A stretch of DNA of 64,000 bases from Auanema rhodensis (lineage: Eukaryota; Animalia; Nematoda), in contig OZ059899.1 of NCBI GenBank assembly GCA_964057225.1, positions 11,036,001 through 11,100,000 of the forward strand. The letters are read 5' to 3'. Below the pieces are notes generated by a model. It was not told the DNA's origin, ran no database searches, and saw nothing but the letters and a program-made list of their open reading frames with translations. The position numbers were made by a program, and so were the translations under genes. Below, piece by piece: positions 1 to 14,645 of this stretch; position 1 is the first letter of the stretch, and the number at the start of each line of letters is the position of its first letter.

Positions 1-48
1 ACCTTGGGCTTATTAGACCCACGCTCTAACCGACTGAGCTATGGCGGC
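1..48 (-). tRNA. tRNA-Ile(AAT), partial (3' part outside window)
   Basis: 5' 48 nt of the array tRNA. Confidence 0.9.
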
Positions 49-631
49 TACGAAAGTACGAAATAACAAAGCGCTAATTATAGGAAACGTGAATGAATGC
101 AGATATTCTCAATTCCGATTCATTAACTAGATCGTGGTCAGCATTTTACAACATTGATAAAATAGAAACTGAGAAAAAAACATCAACAAATGACACTATT
201 AACTTGGTTTTTTGAACAGCTTTTTTATATTTCTTTTTTCACTATGAGAGAACTTATATTTATTGCTTTTTCAAAATTTTCCATTTTTAACATTATACAT
301 CTTGACTATCACACATTGAGAACAACAGTTGGCAATGTTGGTTGTCACGTCATATTTCATGCAGTTAGATTTTCAGACACATTAATACCTTTGACCGTTC
401 TTCTTATGAGTTTTGTAACGATAATTCGTAATAGGAAATGAATTGGTATAATATGAAAAAATACAAGACATAGTCAACATTGATTTCCCCAAATAGTATC
501 ATGTTTGCTTGTTATTCAATTAGAACACTTATTTTTTGATTGTTTTCTTGAAATATTCTTTTTTTTTCTTTAACAAAGTTATGACTGAGATCAAAATTTG
601 AACTTACTTTTGAACAATTAAACAGAAATAT

Positions 632-637
632 AAAAAA
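632..637 (-). terminator. Pol III terminator (T6), representative; present in nearly every unit
   Basis: TTTTTT on the minus strand 4 nt after the discriminator base. Confidence 0.8.
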
Positions 638-641
638 TATT

Positions 642-715
642 TGCCGCCAGCAGGGGTCGAACCTGCGACCTTGGGCTTATTAGACCCACGCTCTAACCGA
701 CTGAGCTATGGCGGC
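642..715 (-). tRNA. tRNA-Ile(AAT)
   Basis: Reverse complement GCCGCCATAGCTCAGTCGGTTAGAGCGTGGGTCTAATAAGCCCAAGGTCGCAGGTTCGACCCCTGCTGGCGGCA: 7-bp acceptor stem, A box, anticodon arm TGGGT-CT-AAT-AA-GCCCA, B box GGTTCGACCC; no intron, no encoded CCA. Confidence 0.97.
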
Positions 716-743
716 TACGAAAGTACGAAATAACAAAGCGCTG

Positions 744-749
744 ATTATA
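744..749 (-). promoter_or_regulatory. TATA-like element about -30 of the tRNA gene, representative
   Basis: TATAAT on the minus strand 29-34 nt upstream of tRNA G1, the usual TFIIIB position. Confidence 0.45.
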
Positions 750-1308
750 GGAAACGTGAATGAATGCAGATATTCTCAATTCCGATTTATTAACTAGATC
801 GTGGTCAGCATTTTACAACATTGATAAAATAGAAACTGAGAAAAAAACATCAACAAATGACACTATTAACTTGGTTTTTTGAACAGCATTTTTATATTTC
901 TTTTTTCACTATGAGAGAACTTATATTTATTGCTTTTTCAAAATTTTCCATTTTTAACATTATACATCTTGACTATCACACATTGAGAACAACAGTTGGC
1001 AATATTGGTTGTCACGTCATATTTCATGCAGTTAGATTTTCAGACACATTAATACCTTTGACCATTCTTCTTATGAGTTTTGTAACGATAGATCGTAATA
1101 GGAAATGAATTGGTATAATATGAAAAAATACAAGACATAGTCAAGATTGATTTCCCCAAATAGTATCATGTTTGCTTGTTATTCAATTAGAACACTTATT
1201 TTTTGATTGTTTTCTTGAAATATTCTTTTTTTTTCTTTAACAAAGTTATGACTGAGATCAAAATTTGAACTTACTTTTGAACAATTAAACAGAAATTTAA
1301 AAAATATT

Positions 1309-1382
1309 TGCCGCCAGCAGGGGTCGAACCTGCGACCTTGGGCTTATTAGACCCACGCTCTAACCGACTGAGCTATGGCGGC
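1309..1382 (-). tRNA. tRNA-Ile(AAT)
   Basis: Same as 642-715. Confidence 0.95.
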
Positions 1383-1975
1383 TACGAAAGTACGAAATAA
1401 CAAAGCGCTGATTATAGGAAACGTGAATGAATGCAGATATTCTCAATTCCGATTCATTAACTAGATCGTGGTCAGCATTTTACAACATTGATAAAATAGA
1501 AACTGAGAAAAAAACATCAACAAATGACACTATTAACTTGGTTTTTTGAACAGCTTTTTTATATTTCTTTTTTCACTCTGAGAGAACTTATATTCATTGA
1601 TTTTTCAAAATTTTCCATTTTTAACATTATACATCTTGACTATCACACATTGAGAACAACAGTTGGCAATATTGGTTGTCACGTCATATTTCATGCAGTT
1701 AGATTTTCAGACACATTAATACCTTTGACCATTCTTCTTATGAGTTTTGTAACGATAGATCGTAATAGGAAATGAATTGCTATAATATGAAAAAATACAA
1801 GACATAGTCAACATTGATTTCCGAAAATAGTATCATGTTTGCTTGTTATTTAATTAGAACACTTATTTTTTGATTGTTTTCTTGAAATATTCTTTTTTTT
1901 TCTTTAACAAAGTTATGACTGAGATCAAAATTTGAACTTACTTTTGAACAATTAAACAGAAATTTAAAAAATATT

Positions 1976-2049
1976 TGCCGCCAGCAGGGGTCGAACCTGC
2001 GACCTTGGGCTTATTAGACCCACGCTCTAACCGACTGAGCTATGGCGGC
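1976..2049 (-). tRNA. tRNA-Ile(AAT)
   Basis: Same as 642-715. Confidence 0.95.
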
Positions 2050-2642
2050 TACGAAAGTACGAAATAACAAAGCGCTGATTATAGGAAACGTGAATGAATG
2101 CAGATATTCTCAATTCCGATTCATTAACTAGATCGTGGTCAGCATTTTACAACATTGATAAAATAGAAACTGAGAAAAAAACATCAACAAATGACACTAT
2201 TAACTTGGTTTTTTGAACAGCTTTTTTTTATTTCTTTTTTCACTATGAGAGAACTTATATTTATTGCTTTTTCAAAATTTTCCATTTTTAACATTATACA
2301 TCTTGACTATCACACATTGAGAACAACAGTTGGCAATGTTGGTTGTCACGTCATATTTCATGCAGTTAGATTTTCAGACACATTAATACCTTTGACCGTT
2401 CTTCTTATGAGTTTTGTAACGATAATTCGTAATAGGAAATGAATTGGTATAATATGAAAAAATACAAGACATAGTCAACATTGATTTCCCCAAATAGTAT
2501 CATGTTTGCTTGTTATTCAATTAGAACACTTATTTTTTGATTGTTTTCTTGAAATATTCTTTTTTTTTCTTTAACAAAGTTATGACTGAGATCAAAATTT
2601 GAACTTACTTTTGAACAATTAAACAGAAATATAAAAAATATT

Positions 2643-2716
2643 TGCCGCCAGCAGGGGTCGAACCTGCGACCTTGGGCTTATTAGACCCACGCTCTAACCG
2701 ACTGAGCTATGGCGGC
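2643..2716 (-). tRNA. tRNA-Ile(AAT)
   Basis: Same as 642-715. Confidence 0.95.
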
Positions 2717-3309
2717 TACGAAAGTACGAAATAACAAAGCGCTGATTATAGGAAACGTGAATGAATGCAGATATTCTCAATTCCGATTCATTAACTAGAT
2801 CGTGGTCAGCATTTTACAACATTGATAAAATAGAAACTGAGAAAAAAACATCAACAAATGACACTATTAACTTGGTTTTTTGAACAGCTTTTTTATATTT
2901 CTTTTTTCACTATGAGAGAACTTATATTTATTGCTTTTTCAAAATTTTCCATTTTTAACATTATACATCTTGACTATCACACATTGAGAACAACAGTTGG
3001 CAATATTGGTTGTCACGTCATATTTCATGCAGTTAGATTTTCAGACACATTAATACCTTTGACCATTCTTCTTATGAGTTTTGTAACGATAGATCGTAAT
3101 AGGAAATGAATTGCTATCATATGAAAAAATACAAGACATAGTCAACATTGATTTCCGAAAATAGTATCATGTTTGCTTGTTATTTAATTAGAACACTTAT
3201 TTTTTCATTGTTTTCTTGAAATATTCTTTTTTTTTCTTTAACAAAGTTATGACTGAGATCAAAATTTGAACTTACTTTTGAACAATTAAACAGAAATATA
3301 AAAAATATT

Positions 3310-3383
3310 TGCCGCCAGCAGGGGTCGAACCTGCGACCTTGGGCTTATTAGACCCACGCTCTAACCGACTGAGCTATGGCGGC
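3310..3383 (-). tRNA. tRNA-Ile(AAT)
   Basis: Same as 642-715. Confidence 0.95.
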
Positions 3384-3975
3384 TACGAAAGTACGAAATA
3401 ACAAAGCGCTGATTATAGGAAACGTGAATGAATGCAGATATTCTCAATTCCGATTCATTAACTAGATCGTGGTCAGCATTTTACAACATTGATAAAATAG
3501 AAACTGAGAAAAAAACATCAACAAATGACACTATTAACTTGGTTTTTTGAACAGCTTTTTATATTTCTTTTTTCGCTATGAGAGAACTTATATTTATTGC
3601 TTTTTCAAAATTTTCCATTTTTAACATTATACATCTTGACTATCACACATTGAGAACAACAGTTCGCAATGTTGGTTGTCACGTCATATTTCATGCAGTT
3701 AGATTTTCAGACACATTAATACCTTTGACCATTCTTCTTATGAGTTTTGTAACGATAGATCGTAATAGGAAATGAATTGGTATAATATGAAAAAATACAA
3801 GACATAGTCAACATTGATTTCCCCAAATAGTATCATGTTTGCTTGTTATTCAATTAGAACACTTATTTTTTGATTGTTTTCTTGAAATATTCTTTTTTTT
3901 TCTTTAACAAAGTTATGACTGAGATCAAAATTTGAACTTACTTTTGAACAATTAAACAGAAATTTAAAAAATATT

Positions 3976-4049
3976 TGCCGCCAGCAGGGGTCGAACCTGC
4001 GACCTTGGGCTTATTAGACCCACGCTCTAACCGACTGAGCTATGGCGGC
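3976..4049 (-). tRNA. tRNA-Ile(AAT)
   Basis: Same as 642-715. Confidence 0.95.
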
Positions 4050-4642
4050 TACGAAAGTACGAAATAACAAAGCGCTGATTATAGGAAACGTGAATGAATG
4101 CAGATATTCTCAATTCCGATTCATTAACTAGATCGTGGTCAGCATTTTACAACATTGATAAAATAGAAACTGAGAAAAAAACATCAACAAATGACACTAT
4201 TAACTTGGTTTTTTGAACAGCTTTTTTATATTTCTTTTTTCACTCTGAGAGAACTTATATTCATTGATTTTTCAAAATTTTCCATTTTTAACATTATACA
4301 TCTTGACTATCACACATTGAGAACAACAGTTGGCAATATTGGTTGTCACGTCATATTTCATGCAGTTAGATTTTCAGACACATTAATACCTTTGACCATT
4401 CTTCTTATGAGTTTTGTAACGATAGATCGTAATAGGAAATGAATTGCTATCATATGAAAAAATACAAGACATAGTCAACATTGATTTCCGAAAATAGTAT
4501 CATGTTTGCTTGTTATTTAATTAGAACACTTATTTTTTGATTGTTTTCTTGAAATATTCTTTTTTTTTCTTTAACAAAGTTATGACTGAGATCAAAATTT
4601 GAACTTACTTTTGAACAATTAAACAGAAATTTAAAAATTATT

Positions 4643-4716
4643 TGCCGCCAGCAGGGGTCGAAACTGCGACCTTGGGCTTATTAGACCCACGCTCTAACCG
4701 ACTGAGCTATGGCGGC
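4643..4716 (-). tRNA. tRNA-Ile(AAT), G53T B-box variant (possibly inactive)
   Basis: GGTTCGA changed to GTTTCGA. Confidence 0.85.
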
Positions 4717-5309
4717 TACGAAAGTACGAAATAACAAAGCGCTGATTATAGGAAACGTGAATGAATGCAGATAATCTCAATTCCGATTCATTAACTAGAT
4801 CGTGGTCAGCATTTTACGACATTGATAAAATAGAAACTGAGAAAAAAACATCAACAAATGACACTATTAACTTGGTTTTTTGAACAGCATTTTTATATTT
4901 CTTTTTTCACTATGAGAGAACTTATATTTATTGCTTTTTCAAATTTTTCCATTTTTAACATTATACATCTTGACTATCACACATTGAGAACAACAGTTGG
5001 CAATATTGGTTGTCACGTCATATTTCATGCAGTTAGATTTTCAGACACATTAATACCTTTGACCATTCTTCTTATGAGTTTTGTAACGATAGATCGTAAT
5101 AGGAAATGAATTGCTATCATATGAAAAAATACAAGACATAGTCAACATTGATTTCCGAAAATAGTATCATGTTTGCTTGTTATTTAATTAGAACACTTAT
5201 TTTTTGATTGTTTTCTTGAAATATTCTTTTTTTTTCTTTAACAAAGTTATGACTGAGATCAAAATTTGAACTTACTTTTGAACAATTAAACAGAAATTTA
5301 AAAATTATT

Positions 5310-5383
5310 TGCCGCCAGCAGGGGTCGAAACTGCGACCTTGGGCTTATTAGACCCACGCTCTAACCGACTGAGCTATGGCGGC
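5310..5383 (-). tRNA. tRNA-Ile(AAT), G53T B-box variant (possibly inactive)
   Basis: GGTTCGA changed to GTTTCGA. Confidence 0.85.
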
Positions 5384-5976
5384 TACGAAAGTACGAAATA
5401 ACAAAGCGCTGATTATAGGAAACGTGAATGAATGCAGATAATCTCAATTCCGATTCATTAACTAGATCGTGGTCAGCATTTTACGACATTGATAAAATAG
5501 AAACTGAGAAAAAAACATCAACAAATGACACTATTAACTTGGTTTTTTGAACAGCATTTTTATATTTCTTTTTTCACTATGAGAGAACTTATATTTATTG
5601 CTTTTTCAAAATTTTCCATTTTTAACATTATACATCTTGACTATCACACATTGAGAACAACAGTTGGCAATATTGGTTGTCACGTCATATTTCATGCAGT
5701 TAGATTTTCAGACACATTAATACCTTTGACCATTCTTCTTATGAGTTTTGTAACGATAGATCGTAATAGGAAATGAATTGCTATAATATGAAAAAATACA
5801 AGACATAGTCAACATTGATTTCCGAAAATAGTATCATGTTTGCTTGTTATTTAATTAGAACACTTATTTTTTGATTGTTTTCTTGAAATATTCTTTTTTT
5901 TTCTTTAACAAAGTTATGACTGAGATCAAAATTTGAACTTACTTTTGAACAATTAAACAGAAATTTAAAAAATATT

Positions 5977-6050
5977 TGCCGCCAGCAGGGGTCGAACCTG
6001 CGACCTTGGGCTTATTAGACCCACGCTCTAACCGACTGAGCTATGGCGGC
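5977..6050 (-). tRNA. tRNA-Ile(AAT)
   Basis: Same as 642-715. Confidence 0.95.
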
Positions 6051-6643
6051 TACGAAAGTACGAAATAACAAAGCGCTGATTATAGGAAACGTGAATGAAT
6101 GCAGATATTCTCAATTCCGATTTATTAACTAGATCGTGGTCAGCATTTTACAACATTGATAAAATAGAAACTGAGAAAAAAACATCAACAAATGACACTA
6201 TTAACTTGGTTTTTTGAACAGCATTTTTATATTTCTTTTTTCACTATGAGAGAACTTATATTTATTGCTTTTTCAAAATTTTCCATTTTTAACATTATAC
6301 ATCTTGACTATCACACATTGAGAACAACAGTTCGCAATGTTGGTTGTCACGTCATATTTCATGCAGTTAGATTTTCAGACACATTAATACCTTTGACCAT
6401 TCTTCTTATGAGTTTTGTAACGATAGATCGTAATAGGAAATGAATTGGTATAATATGAAAAAATACAAGACATAGTCAAGATTGATTTCCCCAAATAGTA
6501 TCATGTTTGCTTGTTATTCAATTAGAACACTTATTTTTTGATTGTTTTCTTGAAATATTCTTTTTTTTTCTTTAACAAAGTTATGACTGAGATCAAAATT
6601 TGAACTTACTTTTGAACAATTAAACAGAAATTTAAAAATTATT

Positions 6644-6717
6644 TGCCGCCAGCAGGGGTCGAACCTGCGACCTTGGGCTTATTAGACCCACGCTCTAACC
6701 GACTGAGCTATGGCGGC
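6644..6717 (-). tRNA. tRNA-Ile(AAT)
   Basis: Same as 642-715. Confidence 0.95.
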
Positions 6718-7309
6718 TACGAAAGTACGAAATAACAAAGCGCTGATTATAGGAAACGTGAATGAATGCAGATATTCTCAATTCCGATTCATTAACTAGA
6801 TCGTGGTCAGCATTTTACAACATTGATAAAATAGAAACTGAGAAAAAAACATCAACAAATGACACTATTAACTTGGTTTTTGAACAGCTTTTTTATATTT
6901 CTTTTTTCACTATGAGAGAACTTATATTTATTGCTTTTTCAAAATTTTCCATTTTTAACATTATACATCTTGACTATCACACATTGAGAACAACAGTTCG
7001 CAATGTTGGTTGTCACGTCATATTTCATGCAGTTAGATTTTCAGACACATTAATACCTTTGACCATTCTTCTTATGAGTTTTGTAACGATAGATCGTAAT
7101 AGGAAATGAATTGCTATCATATGAAAAAATACAAGACATAGTCAACATTGATTTCCGAAAATAGTATCATGTTTGCTTGTTATTTAATTAGAACACTTAT
7201 TTTTTGATTGTTTTCTTGAAATATTCTTTTTTTTTCTTTAACAAAGTTATGACTGAGATCAAAATTTGAACTTACTTTTGAACAATTAAACAGAAATTTA
7301 AAAAATATT

Positions 7310-7383
7310 TGCCGCCAGCAGGGGTCGAACCTGCGACCTTGGGCTTATTAGACCCACGCTCTAACCGACTGAGCTATGGCGGC
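7310..7383 (-). tRNA. tRNA-Ile(AAT)
   Basis: Same as 642-715. Confidence 0.95.
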
Positions 7384-7976
7384 TACGAAAGTACGAAATA
7401 ACAAAGCGCTGATTATAGGAAACGTGAATGAATGCAGATATTCTCAATTCCGATTTATTAACTAGATCGTGGTCAGCATTTTACAACATTGATAAAATAG
7501 AAACTGAGAAAAAAACATCAACAAATGACACTATTAACTTGGTTTTTTGAACAGCATTTTTATATTTCTTTTTTCACTATGAGAGAACTTATATTTATTG
7601 CTTTTTCAAAATTTTCCATTTTTAACATTATACATCTTGACTATCACACATTGAGAACAACAGTTCGCAATGTTGGTTGTCACGTCATATTTCATGCAGT
7701 TAGATTTTCAGACACATTAATACCTTTGACCATTCTTCTTATGAGTTTTGTAACGATAGATCGTATAAGGAAATGAATTGGTATAATATGAAAAAATACA
7801 AGACATAGTCAAGATTGATTTCCCCAAATAGTATCATGTTTGCTTGTTATTCAATTAGAACACTTATTTTTTGATTGTTTTCTTGAAATATTCTTTTTTT
7901 TTCTTTAACAAAGTTATGACTGAGATCAAAATTTGAACTTACTTTTGAACAATTAAACAGAAATTTAAAAATTATT

Positions 7977-8050
7977 TGCCGCCAGCAGGGGTCGAACCTG
8001 CGACCTTGGGCTTATTAGACCCACGCTCTAACCGACTGAGCTATGGCGGC
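7977..8050 (-). tRNA. tRNA-Ile(AAT)
   Basis: Same as 642-715. Confidence 0.95.
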
Positions 8051-8643
8051 TACGAAAGTACGAAATAACAAAGCGCTGATTATAGGAAACGTGAATGAAT
8101 GCAGATAATCTCAATTCCGATTCATTAACTAGATCGTGGTCAGCATTTTACGACATTGATAAAATAGAAACTGAGAAAAAAACATCAACAAATGACACTA
8201 TTAACTTGATTTTTTGAACAGCATTTTTATATTTCTTTTTTCACTATGAGAGAACTTATATTTATTGCTTTTTCAAAATTTTCCATTTTTAACATTATAC
8301 ATCTTGACTATCACACATTGAGAACACCAGTTGGCAATGTTGGTTGTCACGTCATATTTCATGCAGTTAGATTTTCAGACACATTAATACCTTTGACCGT
8401 TCTTCTTATGAGTTTTGTAACGATAATTCGTAATAGGAAATGAATTGGTATAATATGAAAAAATACAAGACATAGTCAACATTGATTTCCCCAAATAGTA
8501 TCATGTTTGCTTGTTATTCAATTAGAACACCTATTTTTTGATTGTTTTCTTGAAATATTCTTTTTTTTTCTTTAACAAAGTTATGACTGAGATCAAAATT
8601 TGAACTTACTTTTGAACAATTAAACAGAAATATAAAAAATATT

Positions 8644-8717
8644 TGCCGCCAGCAGGGGTCGAACCTGCGACCTTGGGCTTATTAGACCCACGCTCTAACC
8701 GACTGAGCTATGGCGGC
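8644..8717 (-). tRNA. tRNA-Ile(AAT)
   Basis: Same as 642-715. Confidence 0.95.
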
Positions 8718-9310
8718 TACGAAAGTACGAAATAACAAAGCGCTGATTATAGGAAACGTGAATGAATGCAGATATTCTCAATTCCGATTCATTAACTAGA
8801 TCGTGGTCAGCATTTTACAACATTGATAAAATAGAAACTGAGAAAAAAACATCAACAAATGACACTATTAACTTGGTTTTTTGAACAGCTTTTTTATATT
8901 TCTTTTTTCACTATGAGAGAACTTATATTTATTGCTTTTTCAAAATTTTCCATTTTTAACATTATACATCTTGACTATCACACATTGAGAACAACAGTTG
9001 GCAATATTGGTTGTCACGTCATATTTCATGCAGTTAGATTTTCAGACACATTAATACCTTTGACCATTCTTCTTATGAGTTTTGTAACGATAGATCGTAA
9101 TAGGAAATGAATTGCTATCATATGAAAAAATACAAGACATAGTCAACATTGATTTCCGAAAATAGTATCATGTTTGCTTGTTATTTAATTAGAACACTTA
9201 TTTTTTCATTGTTTTCTTGAAATATTCTTTTTTTTTCTTTAACAAAGTTATGACTGAGATCAAAATTTGAACTTACTTTTGAACAATTAAACAGAAATTT
9301 AAAAAATATT

Positions 9311-9384
9311 TGCCGCCAGCAGGGGTCGAACCTGCGACCTTGGGCTTATTAGACCCACGCTCTAACCGACTGAGCTATGGCGGC
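9311..9384 (-). tRNA. tRNA-Ile(AAT)
   Basis: Same as 642-715. Confidence 0.95.
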
Positions 9385-9977
9385 TACGAAAGTACGAAAT
9401 AACAAAGCGCTGATTATAGGAAACGTGAATGAATGCAGATATTCTCAATTCCGATTCATTAACTAGATCGTGGTCAGCATTTTACAACATTGATAAAATA
9501 GAAACTGAGAAAAAAACATCAACAAATGACACTATTAACTTGGTTTTTTGAACAGCTTTTTTATATTTCTTTTTTCACTATGAGAGAACTTATATTTATT
9601 GCTTTTTCAAAATTTTCCATTTTTAACATTATACATCTTGACTATCACACATTGAGAACAACAGTTCGCAATGTTGGTTGTCACGTCATATTTCATGCAG
9701 TTAGATTTTCAGACACATTAATACCTTTGACCATTCTTCTTATGAGTTTTGTAACGATAGATCGTAATAGGAAATGAATTGGTATAATATGAAAAAATAC
9801 AAGACATAGTCAACATTGATTTCCCCAAATAGTATCATGTTTGCTTGTTATTCAATTAGAACACTTATTTTTTGATTGTTTTCTTGAAATATTCTTTTTT
9901 TTTCTTTAACAAAGTTATGACTGAGATCAAAATTTGAACTTACTTTTGAACAATTAAACAGAAATTTAAAAAATATT

Positions 9978-10051
9978 TGCCGCCAGCAGGGGTCGAACCT
10001 GCGACCTTGGGCTTATTAGACCCACGCTCTAACCGACTGAGCTATGGCGGC
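9978..10051 (-). tRNA. tRNA-Ile(AAT)
   Basis: Same as 642-715. Confidence 0.95.
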
Positions 10052-10643
10052 TACGAAAGTACGAAATAACAAAGCGCTGATTATAGGAAACGTGAATGAA
10101 TGCAGATATTCTCAATTCCGATTCATTAACTAGATCGTGGTCAGCATTTTACAACATTGATAAAATAGAAACTGAGAAAAAAACATCAACAAATGACACT
10201 ATTAACTTGGTTTTTTGAACAGCATTTTTATATTTCTTTTTTCACTATGAGAGAACTTATATTTATTGCTTTTTCAAAATTTTCCATTTTTAACATTATA
10301 CATCTTGACTATCACACATTGAGAACAACAGTTGGCAATATTGGTTGTCACGTCATATTTCATGCAGTTAGATTTTCAGACACATTAATACCTTTGACCA
10401 TTCTTCTTATGAGTTTTGTAACGATAGATCGTAATAGGAAATGAATTGGTATAATATGAAAAAATACAAGACATAGTCAACATTGATTTCCCCAAATAGT
10501 ATCATGTTTGCTTGTTATTCAATTAGAACACTTATTTTTTGATTGTTTTCTTGAAATATTCTTTTTTTTCTTTAACAAAGTTATGACTGAGATCAAAATT
10601 TGAACTTACTTTCGAACAATTAAACAGAAATTTAAAAAATATT

Positions 10644-10717
10644 TGCCGCCAGCAGGGGTCGAACCTGCGACCTTGGGCTTATTAGACCCACGCTCTAACC
10701 GACTGAGCTATGGCGGC
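10644..10717 (-). tRNA. tRNA-Ile(AAT)
   Basis: Same as 642-715. Confidence 0.95.
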
Positions 10718-11310
10718 TACGAAAGTACGAAATAACAAAGCGCTGATTATAGGAAACGTGAATGAATGCAGGTATTCTCAATTCCGATTCATTAACTAGA
10801 TCGTGGTCAGCATTTTACAACATTGATAAAATAGAAACTGAGAAAAAAACATCAACAAATGACACTATTAACTTGGTTTTTTGAACAGCTTTTTTATATT
10901 TCTTTTTTCAATATGAGAGAACTTATATTTATTGCTTTTTCAAAATTTTCCATTTTTAACATTATACATCTTGACTATCACACATTGAGAACAACAGTTG
11001 GCAATGTTGGTTGTCACGTCATATTTCATGCAGTTAGATTTTCAGACACATTAATACCTTTGACCATTCTTCTTATGAGTTTTGTAACGATAGATCGTAA
11101 TAGGAAATGAATTGCTATCATATGAAAAAATACAAGACATAGTCAACATTGATTTCCGAAAATAGTATCATGTTTGCTTGTTATTTAATTAGAACACTTA
11201 TTTTTTCATTGTTTTCTTGAAATATTCTTTTTTTTTCTTTAACAAAGTTATGACTGAGATCAAAATTTGAACTTACTTTTGAACAATTAAACAGAAATTT
11301 AAAAAATATT

Positions 11311-11384
11311 TGCCGCCAGCAGGGGTCGAACCTGCGACCTTGGGCTTATTAGACCCACGCTCTAACCGACTGAGCTATGGCGGC
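11311..11384 (-). tRNA. tRNA-Ile(AAT)
   Basis: Same as 642-715. Confidence 0.95.
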
Positions 11385-11977
11385 TACGAAAGTACGAAAT
11401 AACAAAGCGCTGATTATAGGAAACGTGAATGAATGCAGATATTCTCAATTCCGATTCATTAACTAGATCGTGGTCAGCATTTTACAACATTGATAAAATA
11501 GAAACTGAGAAAAAAACATCAACAAATGACACTATTAACTTGGTTTTTTGAACAGCATTTTTATATTTCTTTTTTCACTATGAGAGAACTTATATTTATT
11601 GCTTTTTCAAAATTTTCCATTTTTAACATTATACATCTTGACTATCACACATTGAGAACAACAGTTGGCAATATTGGTTGTCACGTCATATTTCATGCAG
11701 TTAGATTTTCAGACACATTAATACCTTTGACCATTCTTCTTATGAGTTTTGTAACGATAGATCGTAATAGGAAATGAATTGGTATAATATGAAAAAATAC
11801 AAGACATAGTCAAGATTGATTTCCCCAAATAGTATCATGTTTGCTTGTTATTCAATTAGAACACTTATTTTTTGATTGTTTTCTTGAAATATTCTTTTTT
11901 TTTCTTTAACAAAGTTATGACTGAGATCAAAATTTGAACTTACTTTTGAACAATTAAACAGAAATTTAAAAAATATT

Positions 11978-12051
11978 TGCCGCCAGCAGGGGTCGAACCT
12001 GCGACCTTGGGCTTATTAGACCCACGCTCTAACCGACTGAGCTATGGCGGC
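11978..12051 (-). tRNA. tRNA-Ile(AAT)
   Basis: Same as 642-715. Confidence 0.95.
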
Positions 12052-12644
12052 TACGAAAGTACGAAATAACAAAGCGCTGATTATAGGAAACGTGAATGAA
12101 TGCAGATATTCTCAATTCCGATTTATTAACTAGATCGTGGTCAGCATTTTACAACATTGATAAAATAGAAACTGAGAAAAAAACATCAACAAATGACACT
12201 ATTAACTTGGTTTTTTGAACAGCATTTTTATATTTCTTTTTTCACTATGAGAGAACTTATATTTATTGCTTTTTCAAAATTTTCCATTTTTAACATTATA
12301 CATCTTGACTATCACACATTGAGAACAACAGTTGGCAATATTGGTTGTCACGTCATATTTCATGCAGTTAGATTTTCAGACACATTAATACCTTTGACCA
12401 TTCTTCTTATGAGTTTTGTAACGATAGATCGTAATAGGAAATGAATTGGTATAATATGAAAAAATACAAGACATAGTCAAGATTGATTTCCCCAAATAGT
12501 ATCATGTTTGCTTGTTATTCAATTAGAACACTTATTTTTTGATTGTTTTCTTGAAATATTCTTTTTTTTTCTTTAACAAAGTTATGACTGAGATCAAAAT
12601 TTGAACTTACTTTCGAACAATTAAACAGAAATATAAAAAATATT

Positions 12645-12718
12645 TGCCGCCAGCAGGGGTCGAACCTGCGACCTTGGGCTTATTAGACCCACGCTCTAAC
12701 CGACTGAGCTATGGCGGC
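12645..12718 (-). tRNA. tRNA-Ile(AAT)
   Basis: Same as 642-715. Confidence 0.95.
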
Positions 12719-13311
12719 TACGAAAGTACGAAATAACAAAGCGCTGATTATAGGAAACGTGAATGAATGCAGATATTCTCAATTCCGATTCATTAACTAG
12801 ATCGTGGTCAGCATTTTACAACATTGATAAAATAGAAACTGAGAAAAAAACATCAACAAATGACACTATTAACTTGGTTTTTTTAACAGCTTATTTATAT
12901 TTCTTTTTTCACTATGAGAGAACTTATATTTCTTGCTTTTTCAAAATTTTCCATTTTTAACATTATACATCTTGACTATCACACATTGAGAACAACAGTT
13001 GGCAATGTTGGTTGTCACGTCATATTTCATGCAGTTAGATTTTCAGACACATTAATACCTTTGACCATTCTTCTTATGAGTTTTGTAACGATAGATCGTA
13101 ATAGGAAATGAATTGCTATAATATGAAAAAATACAAGACATAGTCAACATTGATTTCCCCAAATAGTATCATGTTTGCTTGTTATTCAATTAGAACACTT
13201 ATTTTTTGATTGTTTTCTTCAAATATTCTTTTTTTTTCTTTAACAAAGTTATGACTGAGATCAAAATTTGAACTTACTTTTGAACAATTAAACAGAAATT
13301 TAAAAAATATT

Positions 13312-13385
13312 TGCCGCCAGCAGGGGTCGAACCTGCGACCTTGGGCTTATTAGACCCACGCTCTAACCGACTGAGCTATGGCGGC
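13312..13385 (-). tRNA. tRNA-Ile(AAT)
   Basis: Same as 642-715. Confidence 0.95.
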
Positions 13386-13978
13386 TACGAAAGTACGAAA
13401 TAACAAAGCGCTGATTATAGGAAACGTGAATGAATGCAGATATTCTCAATTCCGATTCATTAACTAGATCGTGGTCAGCATTTTACAACATTGATAAAAT
13501 AGAAACTGAGAAAAAAACATCAACAAATGACACTATTAACTTGGTTTTTTGAACAGCATTTTTATATTTCTTTTTTCACTATGAGAGAACTTATATTTAT
13601 TGCTTTTTCAAAATTTTCCATTTTTAACATTATACATCTTGACTATCACACATTGAGAACAACAGTTGGCAATATTGGTTGTCACGTCATATTTCATGCA
13701 GTTAGATTTTCAGACACATTAATACCTTTGACCATTCTTCTTATGAGTTTTGTAACGATAGATCGTAATAGGAAATGAATTGGTATAATATGAAAAAATA
13801 CAAGACATAGTCAAGATTGATTTCCCCAAATAGTATCATGTTTGCTTGTTATTCAATTAGAACACTTATTTTTTGATTGTTTTCTTGAAATATTCTTTTT
13901 TTTTCTTTAACAAAGTTATGACTGAGATCAAAATTTGAACTTACTTTCGAACAATTAAACAGAAATATAAAAAATATT

Positions 13979-14052
13979 TGCCGCCAGCAGGGGTCGAACC
14001 TGCGACCTTGGGCTTATTAGACCCACGCTCTAACCGACTGAGCTATGGCGGC
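13979..14052 (-). tRNA. tRNA-Ile(AAT)
   Basis: Same as 642-715. Confidence 0.95.
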
Positions 14053-14645
14053 TACGAAAGTACGAAATAACAAAGCGCTGATTATAGGAAACGTGAATGA
14101 ATGCAGATATTCTCAATTCCGATTCATTAACTAGATCGTGGTCAGCATTTTACAACATTGATAAAATAGAAACTGAGAAAAAAACATCAACAAATGACAC
14201 TATTAACTTGGTTTTTTTAACAGCTTATTTATATTTCTTTTTTCACTATGAGAGAACTTATATTTCTTGCTTTTTCAAAATTTTCCATTTTTAACATTAT
14301 ACATCTTGACTATCACACATTGAGAACAACAGTTGGCAATGTTGGTTGTCACGTCATATTTCATGCAGTTAGATTTTCAGACACATTAATACCTTTGACC
14401 ATTCTTCTTATGAGTTTTGTAACGATAGATCGTAATAGGAAATGAATTGCTATAATATGAAAAAATACAAGACATAGTCAACATTGATTTCCCCAAATAG
14501 TATCATGTTTGCTTGTTATTCAATTAGAACACTTATTTTTTGATTGTTTTCTTCAAATATTCTTTTTTTTTCTTTAACAAAGTTATGACTGAGATCAAAA
14601 TTTGAACTTACTTTTGAACAATTAAACAGAAATTTAAAAAATATT